64,000 nucleotides of DNA from an uncultured Bacteroidales bacterium (GTDB taxonomy: Bacteria; Bacteroidota; Bacteroidia; Bacteroidales; VadinHA17): contig CAWGRY010000011.1 in assembly GCA_963825165.1 (NCBI GenBank), positions 8,642 to 72,641 of the forward strand, read 5' to 3'. Shown here piece after piece: positions 23,125 through 31,858 of the stretch. The translations under genes and the position numbers were made by a program. The notes under the pieces are model-generated. The model made no database searches. It was not told where the DNA came from and saw only the letters and a program-made list of their open reading frames with translations. The first letter of the stretch is position 1, and every line of letters starts with the position of its first letter.

Positions 23125-23184
23125 ATGATGTAACTTTTTCCTGAAATAATGTAAAGTTTCTCAGAATAAAGGATTTCAACTTTG
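23121..23184 (+). promoter_or_regulatory. 64-bp conserved promoter module, copy 3 (upstream of the small ORF and the kai operon)
   Basis: GTGAAT(23121)-ga-TGTAAC-N15-TGTAAA(23150)-N22-AACTTTG(23178). Confidence 0.65.
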
Positions 23185-23221
23185 TATTGTAATTTGGAAT
23201 CACTTTATACCGACTTTGTCC

Positions 23222-23371
23222 ATGATCATGAAAGCAAGAGATGATTTACTTACTGAGGACTTTAAAGTCCGATCAAAGCTAAAGTATGCCATTTTGATTT
23301 CCTACAGCCTTTCAATGTGCGTATGTTTAGTATTGGGCTCTATTATTTTTTTGATAGCCAGATTAACGTAG
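23222..23371 (+). CDS. Possible 49-aa single-TM peptide (below the ORF-track size cutoff)
   Basis: ATG 38 nt after module copy 3. Translates to MIMKARDDLLTEDFKVRSKLKYAILISYSLSMCVCLVLGSIIFLIARLT*. No homology known to me. Confidence 0.3.
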   Translation: MIMKARDDLLTEDFKVRSKLKYAILISYSLSMCVCLVLGSIIFLIARLT

Positions 23372-23545
23372 TGTCAGTATTAATCCGGATAATCTGGTTT
23401 ATTGCCAAAAACTGACTAATTATAATAGTCGGTGACTTTAATCAGTTTTAACTGATCATTAGACCAGGAAAAGCCGGAATTTAGCGCTTGTTGTATAGCG
23501 ATACATTGCCCGTAATCTAATATGACTTTATGTAATTGATAATAA

Positions 23546-25279
23546 ATGAAAAAAGCAGACCGCAAACCGGCAATTAAAAATCTTCACAAGTCTCCCACCG
23601 GGATCCAGGGATTTGATGAAATTACTGGCGGTGGATTGCCGGCAGGCAGACCATCCCTCGTATGCGGTGGAGCAGGATGCGGAAAGACACTTTTCGGATT
23701 AGAGTATCTTGTGCGGGGTGCAACTCAGTTTAATGAACCGGGTGTATTTATGTCATTCGAGGAAACCAATGAAGAAATAATACAAAATGTTGCTTCACTG
23801 GGCTTCGATCTGGAAGACCTTATTAAAAATAAAAAAATTGCACTTGATCATGTTCATATTGAACGCAGTGAAATAGAAGAAACCGGTGAATACGACCTGG
23901 AAGGTTTATTCATACGCCTTAATTTTGCTATTGATTCCATTGGGGCAAAGCGTGTTGTTCTTGATACGATTGAATCACTGTTTGCCGGATTGCCAAATCA
24001 GCTCATACTGCGCGCTGAACTGCGGCGATTGTTTCGCTGGCTAAAAGAAAAAGGTGTTACTGCAATCATAACAGGTGAGCGCGGAGGGGAGACCCTTACC
24101 AGACAGGGGTTGGAAGAGTATGTTTCAGACTGCGTTATTATGCTCGACCATCGTGTTACAGAGCAGACTTCCACACGTCGTTTACGGGTAGTTAAGTACC
24201 GTGGTTCCTTGCATGGGACAAATGAGTATCCGTTTCTGATTGATGAAAGCGGTTTTTCAGTTTTACCGGTGACTTCGCTGGGGTTAGAACATATTGTATC
24301 AAACAAAAGAGTCTCAAGTGGTATAAAAGCGCTTGACAATATGCTTGAAGGAAAAGGTTATTACCGCGGCAGCACGGTACTGGTTTCAGGCACTGCGGGA
24401 GTAGGAAAAACAAGTGTTGCAGCTCACTTTGCAGAGGCGGCATGTAAACGTGGTGAACGTGTACTATATTTCTGTTTTGAAGAATCTCCAAACCAGTTGA
24501 TGCGCAATATGCGTTCCATTGGAATAAAATTGGAGCACTGGGTGCAGAAAGGACTTCTTCAATTTCAGGCTACCCGGCCAACATTTTACGGCCTTGAAAT
24601 GCATCTGGCAGTAACTCACAAAGCTGTAAAATCATTTAAGCCTGATGTTGTCATTCTGGACCCAATAAATACTTTCATCCTGGGTGATAAGGTAAACGAA
24701 GTGAAAACGATGCTGATGCGTATTGTCGATTTTCTTAAGTTGAATCAAATTACAGCCTTGTTTACCAGCCTGACCTCAACCGAGAGGGCACTGGAAAGCT
24801 CCGATGTCGGCATATCATCTCTTATAGATACCTGGCTATTACTTCGCGAAATCGAATTAAACGGTGAACGGAACAGGGGAATGTATGTTCTTAAATCGCG
24901 CGGCATGGCTAATTCTAACCAGATCCGCGAATTCATTCTCACTAATCACGGCGTGGAATTACGTGAGGCTTATATTGGTGCCAGTGGAGTTTTAACCGGC
25001 TCAGCCCGTATTGCACAGGAAGCTCTTGAAAATGCCGAAGTTTTAACCCGTAAACAGGATATTGAACGAAAAAAACGTGAACTGGAACGAAAGCGAAAGG
25101 CAATGGAGGCTCAGATTGCTTTATTGAATGCCGATTTTAAGTCAGCAGAATCCGAAGCTGTTAAAATGATAAAAGCTGAACAGGACATGATTAAACGACT
25201 GGAACAGGATAAAATAGAAATGGCAGTCAGCAGAAAATCTGTTTCCGAAAACAGGAAAACCAGCAAATTGAAAAGATAA
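23546..25279 (+). CDS. kaiC: KaiC homolog (double RecA-like ATPase) with a roughly 78-aa charged coiled-coil C-terminal extension
   Basis: CI Walker A GGAGCGKT with FMSFEE; CII Walker A GTAGVGKT with FCFEES. ISSLIDT aligns with the ISTITDT phosphosite segment of cyanobacterial KaiC. The tail reads RKQDIERKKRELERKRKAMEAQIALL... Confidence 0.9.
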   Translation: MKKADRKPAIKNLHKSPTGIQGFDEITGGGLPAGRPSLVCGGAGCGKTLFGLEYLVRGATQFNEPGVFMSFEETNEEIIQNVASLGFDLEDLIKNKKIALDHVHIERSEIEETGEYDLEGLFIRLNFAIDSIGAKRVVLDTIESLFAGLPNQLILRAELRRLFRWLKEKGVTAIITGERGGETLTRQGLEEYVSDCVIMLDHRVTEQTSTRRLRVVKYRGSLHGTNEYPFLIDESGFSVLPVTSLGLEHIVSNKRVSSGIKALDNMLEGKGYYRGSTVLVSGTAGVGKTSVAAHFAEAACKRGERVLYFCFEESPNQLMRNMRSIGIKLEHWVQKGLLQFQATRPTFYGLEMHLAVTHKAVKSFKPDVVILDPINTFILGDKVNEVKTMLMRIVDFLKLNQITALFTSLTSTERALESSDVGISSLIDTWLLLREIELNGERNRGMYVLKSRGMANSNQIREFILTNHGVELREAYIGASGVLTGSARIAQEALENAEVLTRKQDIERKKRELERKRKAMEAQIALLNADFKSAESEAVKMIKAEQDMIKRLEQDKIEMAVSRKSVSENRKTSKLKR

Positions 25280-25295
25280 TTAAATCAGGAACCCT

Positions 25296-25637
25296 ATGAA
25301 ACTAAAAAAAGAAAATTCAGGTAAAAAACTCAAAAAAGGGAAACCGGCTAACAAGGCAGATGATAAGTGGGTGCTTCGTTTATACGTTGCAGGTCAGTCT
25401 CCAAAAGCTCTTACCGCATTGGCAAATCTGAAAAAAATATGTGCAGAACAATTAGAAGGGAAATACGGCATTGAAGTAATTGACCTTTTGATAAACCCGC
25501 AATTGGGTAAAGAGGATCAGATTCTTGCGTTGCCAACCTTAGTAAGAAAATTGCCGGTGCCTGTTCGTAAGATAATAGGCGATCTCTCAGATACTGAACG
25601 TGTTCTTGTCGGATTGGATTTGAAGGCAGTCAATTGA
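25296..25637 (+). CDS. kaiB: KaiB homolog, copy 1, with a Lys-rich N-terminal extension
   Basis: [85 protein letters not shown], a close match to the canonical KaiB pattern. Confidence 0.88.
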   Translation: MKLKKENSGKKLKKGKPANKADDKWVLRLYVAGQSPKALTALANLKKICAEQLEGKYGIEVIDLLINPQLGKEDQILALPTLVRKLPVPVRKIIGDLSDTERVLVGLDLKAVN

Positions 25638-25662
25638 TATTTAAATACAAAAATTATCAGTC

Positions 25663-26016
25663 ATGACGATGAAAGAGAAAAAAGCGAAAGGATCAATAAC
25701 AAAGGTTGATCTGGCAATGTCTGAGTTTGACAAGGACAAATATATTCTGCGCTTATATATCACTGGTACAACGAATCGGTCCGTCCTGGCTCTTTCGAAC
25801 CTGAAGAAGATTTGCGAAGAGTATCTTGAAGGGCGATACGAACTGGAAGTGATTGACCTGTATCGGATGCCATCCCTGGCAAAAGATGAACAGATAATTG
25901 CGGCTCCTACATTGATAAAAAAGCTGCCGCTTCCGTTCCGTCGCATTATTGGCGATATGTCAGATGTAGAAAAAGTACTTATGGGGTTAGACCTCAGAAA
26001 GATAAAAGCCCTGTAA
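25663..26016 (+). CDS. kaiB: KaiB homolog, copy 2 (tandem paralog)
   Basis: YILRLYITGTTNRSVLALSNLKKICEEYLEGRYELEVIDLYRMPSLAKDEQIIAAPTLIKKLPLPFRRIIGDMSDVEKVLMGLDL. Confidence 0.88.
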   Translation: MTMKEKKAKGSITKVDLAMSEFDKDKYILRLYITGTTNRSVLALSNLKKICEEYLEGRYELEVIDLYRMPSLAKDEQIIAAPTLIKKLPLPFRRIIGDMSDVEKVLMGLDLRKIKAL

Positions 26017-26052
26017 AATTTTGAGGAATTTTAGCACATTTGATTTAATATA

Positions 26053-26775
26053 ATGACTTCAATGACCAAAACAAGAGAACAGCTCATAACTGAGAATGGC
26101 GAATTGCATTCCCGACTGGCTGAAACTATAGAAACGCTTTCAGCAATTCAAAGAGGTGATGTGGATGCTATTGTGGTGTCTGGTACCAATGGAGAACAAG
26201 TCTACTCGATCAGCTCTGCTGAAACACCTTACCGTACTTTCATAGAAGAAATGAACGAGGGAGCAGTTACTCTTTCCAGAAAAGGGATAATTATCTATTG
26301 TAATCAGAGATTTGCTGATTTTGTGTGCGAACCTGTTGAGCATGTAATTGGTTCGTACTTTAAGCGTTTCATTATCCCAAATGATAAATCAAAATTTGAA
26401 AAAGCACTTACTCAAAAAACTGATAATGAAAATAATGTTCTGATAATTTCACTGGTCAACTCATTATATCTGAAACTATCCTTTCAGATTTTACCTGCTT
26501 ATCTGCAGGGTGATTATTGCATACTGGTAGCTACTGACGTATCAGAAATTAAGAAGGAAGCGAAAAAACTCTTTGAATTATCCGGCTTATTGGAACAAAA
26601 ATTAGGTGTAATACAGCGGTTACGGATGCAACTTGTTGACAGAGCGATTGATCTAAAAGTAGAAATAAACAAATTCAGGAAAACCAATAAGAAACTGGTA
26701 ATGGAGATCGCAAAACATAAGCTGGTCGAAACTTCCTTAAAACAAAAACTAAAGCAAAAGAAGGCGACAGCTTGA
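26053..26775 (+). CDS. PAS-domain protein flanked by coiled coils, with no kinase or other output domain
   Basis: LSAIQRGDVDAIVVSG..GEQVYSISSAETPYRTFIEEMNEGAVTLSRKGIIIYCNQRFADF is a PAS pattern typical of sensor kinases. The C-terminal 70 aa are heptad-like, and the protein ends at 240 aa. Confidence 0.7.
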   Translation: MTSMTKTREQLITENGELHSRLAETIETLSAIQRGDVDAIVVSGTNGEQVYSISSAETPYRTFIEEMNEGAVTLSRKGIIIYCNQRFADFVCEPVEHVIGSYFKRFIIPNDKSKFEKALTQKTDNENNVLIISLVNSLYLKLSFQILPAYLQGDYCILVATDVSEIKKEAKKLFELSGLLEQKLGVIQRLRMQLVDRAIDLKVEINKFRKTNKKLVMEIAKHKLVETSLKQKLKQKKATA

Positions 26776-26781
26776 ATTTCA

Positions 26782-28536
26782 ATGAAAAGACTTTTATTCA
26801 TTCTCCTTGCGTTCCTCTTGCTTAACAGTTGCGCCATTATCCGGTTCCCTGAGTTTGGCAAGGTCCCCAAAAACCCGGGCAACTACCCGAAGTTTACTGA
26901 GAGGGATTACCTGATCGGAAAGCTTGACGAAGACCGCGCCGGCTATGATGTAACTTTCTATGATCTGGACCTTATCCTTGATCCGGATAACAGAAAGCTT
27001 GGGGGTAGGGTAGATATTCATTTTAAAGCACTGGCAGAGCTTAGCAAGATCCGCATTGACCTTTATAAAAATCTTGACATCATCAGCCTGAAGGTGTCGG
27101 GACAGGAGATCCCTTTTTCACGAAATGACAGGGCAGTGATAGCATCTCTTCCTGATCCATTGGTTATTGGACGGGACTATACTATTATTGTCGAGTACGA
27201 TGGTAAACCAACCAGCGCAAAAAATCCCCCATGGAGCGGCGGTATGGTATGGAAAAAAGACGGGAATGACAACCCCTGGGTCGGTGTGACATGCGAAACG
27301 GAAGGGGGCAGCATCTGGTTTCCCTGCAAGGACCACCTTTCCGATGAACCCGACAGTGTCAGGCTCCGCATGACTGTTCCTGAAGGATTGCAGGTTGTTT
27401 CAAACGGTAAAATGAAGAGCCATACGTCAAATACTGGGAGTGAAACATTTACATGGGGCACCAATTATCCTGTCAATATCTACAATATGACCTTCTATGC
27501 AGGGAAATTTGCACATTTCAGCGACACAATGCTTACTCCGCAAGGCATCCTTAACCTTAACTATTATGTTTTGCCCCAAAACCTGGAAAGAGCAAAAAAG
27601 CAATTTGTACAGGTAAAGGATATTATCAATCTCTATGCCAGGTCTTTCGGACCCTACCCGTGGATTAATGATGGATTCCGGCTTGTTGAGGCACCATTTG
27701 AAGGAATGGAGCATCAAACAGCTATAGCTTACGGAAGCGGCTTTTCAAACCGGGCATGGCTGGGAGGCGATTATGTAATCATACATGAAGCTGCCCATGA
27801 GTGGTGGGGTAATGCCGTATCAGTCAGCGACTTCAGCGATATATGGCTGCAGGAGGGATTTGCCACATACTCCGAAATGCTCTTTGCAGAACATAAAATG
27901 GGATACGAAAACTCGTTGTTGTATGCCAGGTACTTTATAGCCGGCTCGATAAAGAATAAACTGCCGGTTGTGGGTCCTGCGAGTGTCAGCTATTGGAACA
28001 GCAGGGACAATGATGTATACAATAAGGGAGCCATGGTGCTGCACACAATACGTAACGTCCTGAACGACAGCACTCTTTTCTTTGATATACTGCAGACATT
28101 CTATCATGAGCATGCATTATCATCGCATGTGACAACCACCGATTTCAAAGAGGTTGTTGAGAGGAAGACTGGGAAGGACTGGGATAAATTCTTTGAAGCA
28201 TACCTTTACCGCCGCGAGGTTCCGGTTCTTTACTGGTATTATGACCCTGCCGGCATAGATGAAGGTTACCCAACGGCTGAAAAGAATGTGGTGCCCGTTA
28301 TTGCGGCAAAATGGCTGAATGCTCCTGATGGCTTCAGCATGCCTGTTGAATTATATTGTAAGGAAGAGAATGTCTCATTTAGGATAGAGGTGACAACAAA
28401 ACCAACACTTTTTTACTTTGAGGATATGACAGGATGCGGTAAGCTGATCTGTAATAAGAAACTTTCTTACTGCGATGCTGTGACGGATATCAGCGTGCTG
28501 GCTGAAGCCAGGTCTTCCGGAACGGGAGATCAATAA
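26782..28536 (+). CDS. M1-family metallopeptidase (aminopeptidase N-like) lipoprotein
   Basis: Lipobox LLLNSC, HEAAHEWWG zinc motif (HExxH) and downstream WLQEGFATYSE. It starts 6 nt after the PAS gene stop. Confidence 0.8.
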   Translation: MKRLLFILLAFLLLNSCAIIRFPEFGKVPKNPGNYPKFTERDYLIGKLDEDRAGYDVTFYDLDLILDPDNRKLGGRVDIHFKALAELSKIRIDLYKNLDIISLKVSGQEIPFSRNDRAVIASLPDPLVIGRDYTIIVEYDGKPTSAKNPPWSGGMVWKKDGNDNPWVGVTCETEGGSIWFPCKDHLSDEPDSVRLRMTVPEGLQVVSNGKMKSHTSNTGSETFTWGTNYPVNIYNMTFYAGKFAHFSDTMLTPQGILNLNYYVLPQNLERAKKQFVQVKDIINLYARSFGPYPWINDGFRLVEAPFEGMEHQTAIAYGSGFSNRAWLGGDYVIIHEAAHEWWGNAVSVSDFSDIWLQEGFATYSEMLFAEHKMGYENSLLYARYFIAGSIKNKLPVVGPASVSYWNSRDNDVYNKGAMVLHTIRNVLNDSTLFFDILQTFYHEHALSSHVTTTDFKEVVERKTGKDWDKFFEAYLYRREVPVLYWYYDPAGIDEGYPTAEKNVVPVIAAKWLNAPDGFSMPVELYCKEENVSFRIEVTTKPTLFYFEDMTGCGKLICNKKLSYCDAVTDISVLAEARSSGTGDQ

Positions 28537-28587
28537 AACCACCTGTTAATTGTCTCATGCATTCCGTAGCTGAAATTTATGGAATGT

Positions 28588-28651
28588 GTGAATTATGTAA
28601 TTATTTCTCAAAATAATGTAACGGTTTGCCAGACCGGGTGGTGTATTTTTA
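28588..28651 (+). promoter_or_regulatory. 64-bp conserved promoter module, copy 4 (upstream of the 28731-31836 gene string)
   Basis: GTGAAT(28588)-ta-TGTAAT-N15-TGTAAC(28617)-N22-ATTTTTA(28645). Confidence 0.7.
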
Positions 28652-28730
28652 CAATTGTAATCTTTAAAGGATTAAAGCGAAATTGATATTATAAATAACT
28701 ATTAAATCATACTTACACAAATCAGGTATC

Positions 28731-29060
28731 ATGAAAAAGTTTGCTTTTTGTTTAATGGCGACAGTGTTGTCATTAACTTTTATCCCACTTTCATTAAGCG
28801 CTGCACCCAGGGCCGCGCCTTCCTCATCGGCTAACACCAATCCCGTAAGCCCGGCAGATGCTGCTAAAGCTAACGAATTACTGCTCAGGTTAAACGAAAT
28901 TAAGACATCGGACAAATCTGAACTGACAGCGTCAGAAAAGAAGGAACTGCGAAAAGAGGTTCGTTCAATCAGCAGTGAACTTAAGGCAGTAAGTGGCGGC
29001 ATTTACATTTCAGCAGCCGTACTGCTTATTATTGTTATTCTGTTAATCGTTCTGTTGTAA
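28731..29060 (+). CDS. Hypothetical secreted, C-terminally TM-anchored protein
   Basis: Signal peptide MKKFAFCLMATVLSLTFIPLSLSAA, a charged helical middle region, and a C-terminal TM segment (ISAAVLLIIVILLIVLL). Confidence 0.5.
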   Translation: MKKFAFCLMATVLSLTFIPLSLSAAPRAAPSSSANTNPVSPADAAKANELLLRLNEIKTSDKSELTASEKKELRKEVRSISSELKAVSGGIYISAAVLLIIVILLIVLL

Positions 29061-29080
29061 AAAATTAAAAATAAAGATCA

Positions 29081-29235
29081 TGAGAGATTTACTTTATGTA
29101 GTTGCGGTAATACTGATCATTGCATGGGCAGTAGGCTTTATCGGGTTCCATGTCGGAGGCCTGATACACATTCTGCTTGTCATTGCAATCATTGCAGTTT
29201 TAGTGAGAGTCATCCAGGGGAAAAAAGTCCTCTAG
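29081..29235 (+). pseudogene. lmo0937-family-like small membrane protein, interrupted by a 1-nt deletion at about 29161
   Basis: Frame 1 gives MRDLLYVVAVILIIAWAVGFIGFHVGG then TGA. The next frame continues LIHILLVIAIIAVLVRVIQGKKVL*. Joined, they resemble the roughly 50-aa lmo0937-type family. This is from memory and needs an HMM check. Confidence 0.55.
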
Positions 29236-29373
29236 GTCAATCGTTATATAAATAATCATTAAGTCCACTCTGAAAACTTCCTGTGTAATCTCTTCTGGCT
29301 GAAATACAAACTGATCAGTTATTGGGGTTTAAAACAGGATAATCCGGGACGGGCTTACTAAATTAAAGAAATC

Positions 29374-29652
29374 ATGAGCTCAGGAAAAGTAGTATTAGCA
29401 TTATTGGCCGGCGTCGCTGCCGGTGCAGTGTTAGGGATTCTGTTTGCCCCGGAAAAGGGGTCTGAAACACGAAAAAAGATAGCCGGAGAAGGAAATGACC
29501 TCAAGGAATCGATGAAAGAAAAATTCAACCAGTTTCTTGATGACATATCTGAAAAATATGAAAATGTAAAGGAAGAAGTTACTGATCTTACTGAAAAGGA
29601 CAAGACGACAAAAGACGAGGCTGACAAGAAAGCAAAGACTGCTCCGGGTTAA
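29374..29652 (+). CDS. YtxH-domain protein
   Basis: GKVVLALLAGVAAGAVLGILFAPEKGSETRKKIA is the characteristic YtxH N-terminus, followed by a charged helical tail. Confidence 0.65.
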   Translation: MSSGKVVLALLAGVAAGAVLGILFAPEKGSETRKKIAGEGNDLKESMKEKFNQFLDDISEKYENVKEEVTDLTEKDKTTKDEADKKAKTAPG

Positions 29653-29688
29653 TAACCGTCAGGGGATAAGATCATCACTAATGATATT

Positions 29689-30042
29689 ATGACCAGGGGC
29701 ATGGAAGACAATGTAAAAGTACTGGAGGATCTGCTGGAGAAAGTCACTGAATACGGCAAGACGGAATTTCAGTTGGCTAAACTTAAAATCCTGGATAAAA
29801 CATCGGACGCTGTTTCTACAGTCGTGCCTCACCTGATCGTGATTGTCCTGGCCTTGATTTTTTTGCTTTTTGTCAACCTGGGCATTGCCTTCTGGCTGGG
29901 AGGTATTCTGGGTAGTATCTATTATGGATTTTTTGCAGTAGCTGCTTTTTATGGAATCACGACTCTTGTCTTACGTCTCTTTATGTATAAATGGCTCAAA
30001 AGACAGGTCGGCAATTACATCATCAGGCATGTGCTTAAATAA
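29689..30042 (+). CDS. Holin-X / 'phage holin family' type two-TM membrane protein
   Basis: N-terminal amphipathic helix (VLEDLLEKVTEYGKTEFQLAKLKILDK) followed by two TM segments. The size and layout match proteins annotated as Phage_holin_3_6 in Bacteroidota. Confidence 0.5.
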   Translation: MTRGMEDNVKVLEDLLEKVTEYGKTEFQLAKLKILDKTSDAVSTVVPHLIVIVLALIFLLFVNLGIAFWLGGILGSIYYGFFAVAAFYGITTLVLRLFMYKWLKRQVGNYIIRHVLK

Positions 30043-30048
30043 AATTGT

Positions 30049-30447
30049 ATGCAAAAAATAACTTCAACAGCGGCCCTTAAAGAAGCAATTCAATTACTGG
30101 AAGCGGAGAAGGCTGCCAGCAGAAAACTGTTGAAAGTGCAATTCGTCAGCACCTATGAAAGTTTCAAACCAGCCAGCCTGCTCCGTAGTACGTTACAAGA
30201 TATTTCTTCATCGCCAAATCTGGTTGAAAATATCATTGGAACGGCCCTGGGTTTAGGTGCCGGATATCTTTCAAGAAGTATCCTGCCGGGAGTAACCGCG
30301 ATGAGGTTTGGGAAACTTCTCGGCCCTGTTTTGCAGCTCGGCGTTATAAAAGTTGTCTCTAAGCAATCCGGCAATCTCAGGTCATTGGGAGAAGTTGCCC
30401 TTCTTCGTATTTTCCGTAAAAAAAGAGTTAAAATACGGAAGCCGTGA
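30049..30447 (+). CDS. Hypothetical protein
   Basis: 132-aa ORF packed tightly between the holin-like gene and the AI-2E gene. No domain recognised. Confidence 0.45.
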   Translation: MQKITSTAALKEAIQLLEAEKAASRKLLKVQFVSTYESFKPASLLRSTLQDISSSPNLVENIIGTALGLGAGYLSRSILPGVTAMRFGKLLGPVLQLGVIKVVSKQSGNLRSLGEVALLRIFRKKRVKIRKP

Positions 30448-30465
30448 CACTTCAATCCAGGTGCC

Positions 30466-31587
30466 ATGACAAATGAAGGGCTGAAACTACCGGCGTATAT
30501 TAAGGTGAGCATTTTGTTAATTGGAATTGCGGTTCTGTTGACAATGCTCTACATTGCAAGGAGCATCCTTGTACCTGTGGTTTTCGCAACCATTTTAGCC
30601 ATAGTACTCCATCCGGTAGTAAACTTCTTTATAGAGAAAAAAGTTAACAGAGTTTTAGCAATCATCTTAACAATGTTGCTGACCTTTCTGGTAATAGCAG
30701 CAATTGGAGCGCTTATCTTTTCGCAGGCAAGCCGCTTGGGTGATTCATTGCCCGTACTGGCTGACAAATTCAACGAGATGATTAACCAGGCCATCACCTG
30801 GGTTTCCGGCCACTTCGATATAAACACTCACAAGTTAAATGATTGGATCATAAAAGTCCGGGGTGAACTAATTAATTCCAGCAGCGCTATGATCGGAAAC
30901 ACCCTTGTCTCCCTCGGCAACCTGTTAATAGTGATTTTTTTGATCCCGGTTTACATCTTTATGCTCTTGTTTTACAATCCGATCCTGATTGAGTTTATTC
31001 ACAGGCTCTTTAGCTCAGGACAGCAGAGCAAGGTGAGCGCAATAGTTACTGAGACAAAGACAGTTATTCAGCGATATCTCGTCGGCCTGATCATTGAGGC
31101 TGGAATAGTAGCTGCTATGAACACCATTGCTCTTCTGGCTCTCGGGATTGAATATGCTCTGCTACTCGGTATTATAGGCGCATTGCTGAATATCATTCCT
31201 TATATAGGAGGATTGGTTGCGGTAGCATTACCGATGCTCGTCGCCTTGATCACCAAGGAATCCGGATGGTACCCCGTTTATATTATGGTGATATACTATA
31301 TCATCCAGCTTATTGACAACAATTACATCGTTCCCAAAATAGTTGCTTCAAAAGTAAAACTCAATGCGCTGTTCTCCCTTCTGGTGGTTTTTGCGGGTAA
31401 TGCATTATGGGGGATTCCCGGCATGTTTATCTCCATACCGCTGCTGGCCATAGTAAAACTTGTCTGTGACCACGTCGAACCTCTGAAGCCATGGGGCTTC
31501 CTGTTAGGAGATACCATGCCATCTCCTCTTAAGATCAAATCTATTTTTAAGAAACACACTACCCGGGTTGGTAAAACCAAAACCTGA
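30466..31587 (+). CDS. AI-2E family transporter (PerM/YhhT-like permease)
   Basis: 373 aa with about 8 TM segments and the family-typical C-terminal region (IPYIGGLVAVALP...DNNYIVPKIV...GIPGMFISIPLLAIVK). Confidence 0.75.
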   Translation: MTNEGLKLPAYIKVSILLIGIAVLLTMLYIARSILVPVVFATILAIVLHPVVNFFIEKKVNRVLAIILTMLLTFLVIAAIGALIFSQASRLGDSLPVLADKFNEMINQAITWVSGHFDINTHKLNDWIIKVRGELINSSSAMIGNTLVSLGNLLIVIFLIPVYIFMLLFYNPILIEFIHRLFSSGQQSKVSAIVTETKTVIQRYLVGLIIEAGIVAAMNTIALLALGIEYALLLGIIGALLNIIPYIGGLVAVALPMLVALITKESGWYPVYIMVIYYIIQLIDNNYIVPKIVASKVKLNALFSLLVVFAGNALWGIPGMFISIPLLAIVKLVCDHVEPLKPWGFLLGDTMPSPLKIKSIFKKHTTRVGKTKT

Positions 31588-31626
31588 AATGTGTGATATT
31601 ACAAAATAACCATAAAAAAGAATCAA

Positions 31627-31836
31627 ATGAAAAAACCTGGCATCATCATTTTAATCCTTGGTCTGATTTTGACCATTTTTACGACAGTTACTTACTTTAC
31701 AAAAGAGAAAGTGGTTGACTTAGGGGACATAGAGATCAACGCAAACAAGCGTCACCACGTTAGCTGGTCGCCGCTTATCGGCGTTGCCGTAATGGCGGTT
31801 GGAGGAGTCATGTTATTGGTTCCTTTTAAAAAGTAA
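31627..31836 (+). CDS. Small two-TM membrane protein
   Basis: 69 aa with hydrophobic N- and C-terminal segments. It is the last gene of the co-oriented string. Confidence 0.45.
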   Translation: MKKPGIIILILGLILTIFTTVTYFTKEKVVDLGDIEINANKRHHVSWSPLIGVAVMAVGGVMLLVPFKK

Positions 31837-31858
31837 TTAATAGTATTCAGTTGATTTT

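Noticed and set aside
29159-29167. Two of the inferred 1-nt deletions (29161 and 54047) both occur at (C)CTGATAC, suggesting a systematic base-calling error related to a modification motif.
   Set aside because: An intact CCTGATAC occurs at 37060-37067 inside an uninterrupted ORF, and the rplJ and other ATPase shifts have different sequence contexts. Two cases are not enough.
31588-31612. ATGTGTGATATTACAAAATAACC upstream of the 69-aa membrane protein looks vaguely like the module.
   Set aside because: GTGATA and TTACAA do not match the invariant boxes, and no TGTAAC or -7 element sits at the required distances.
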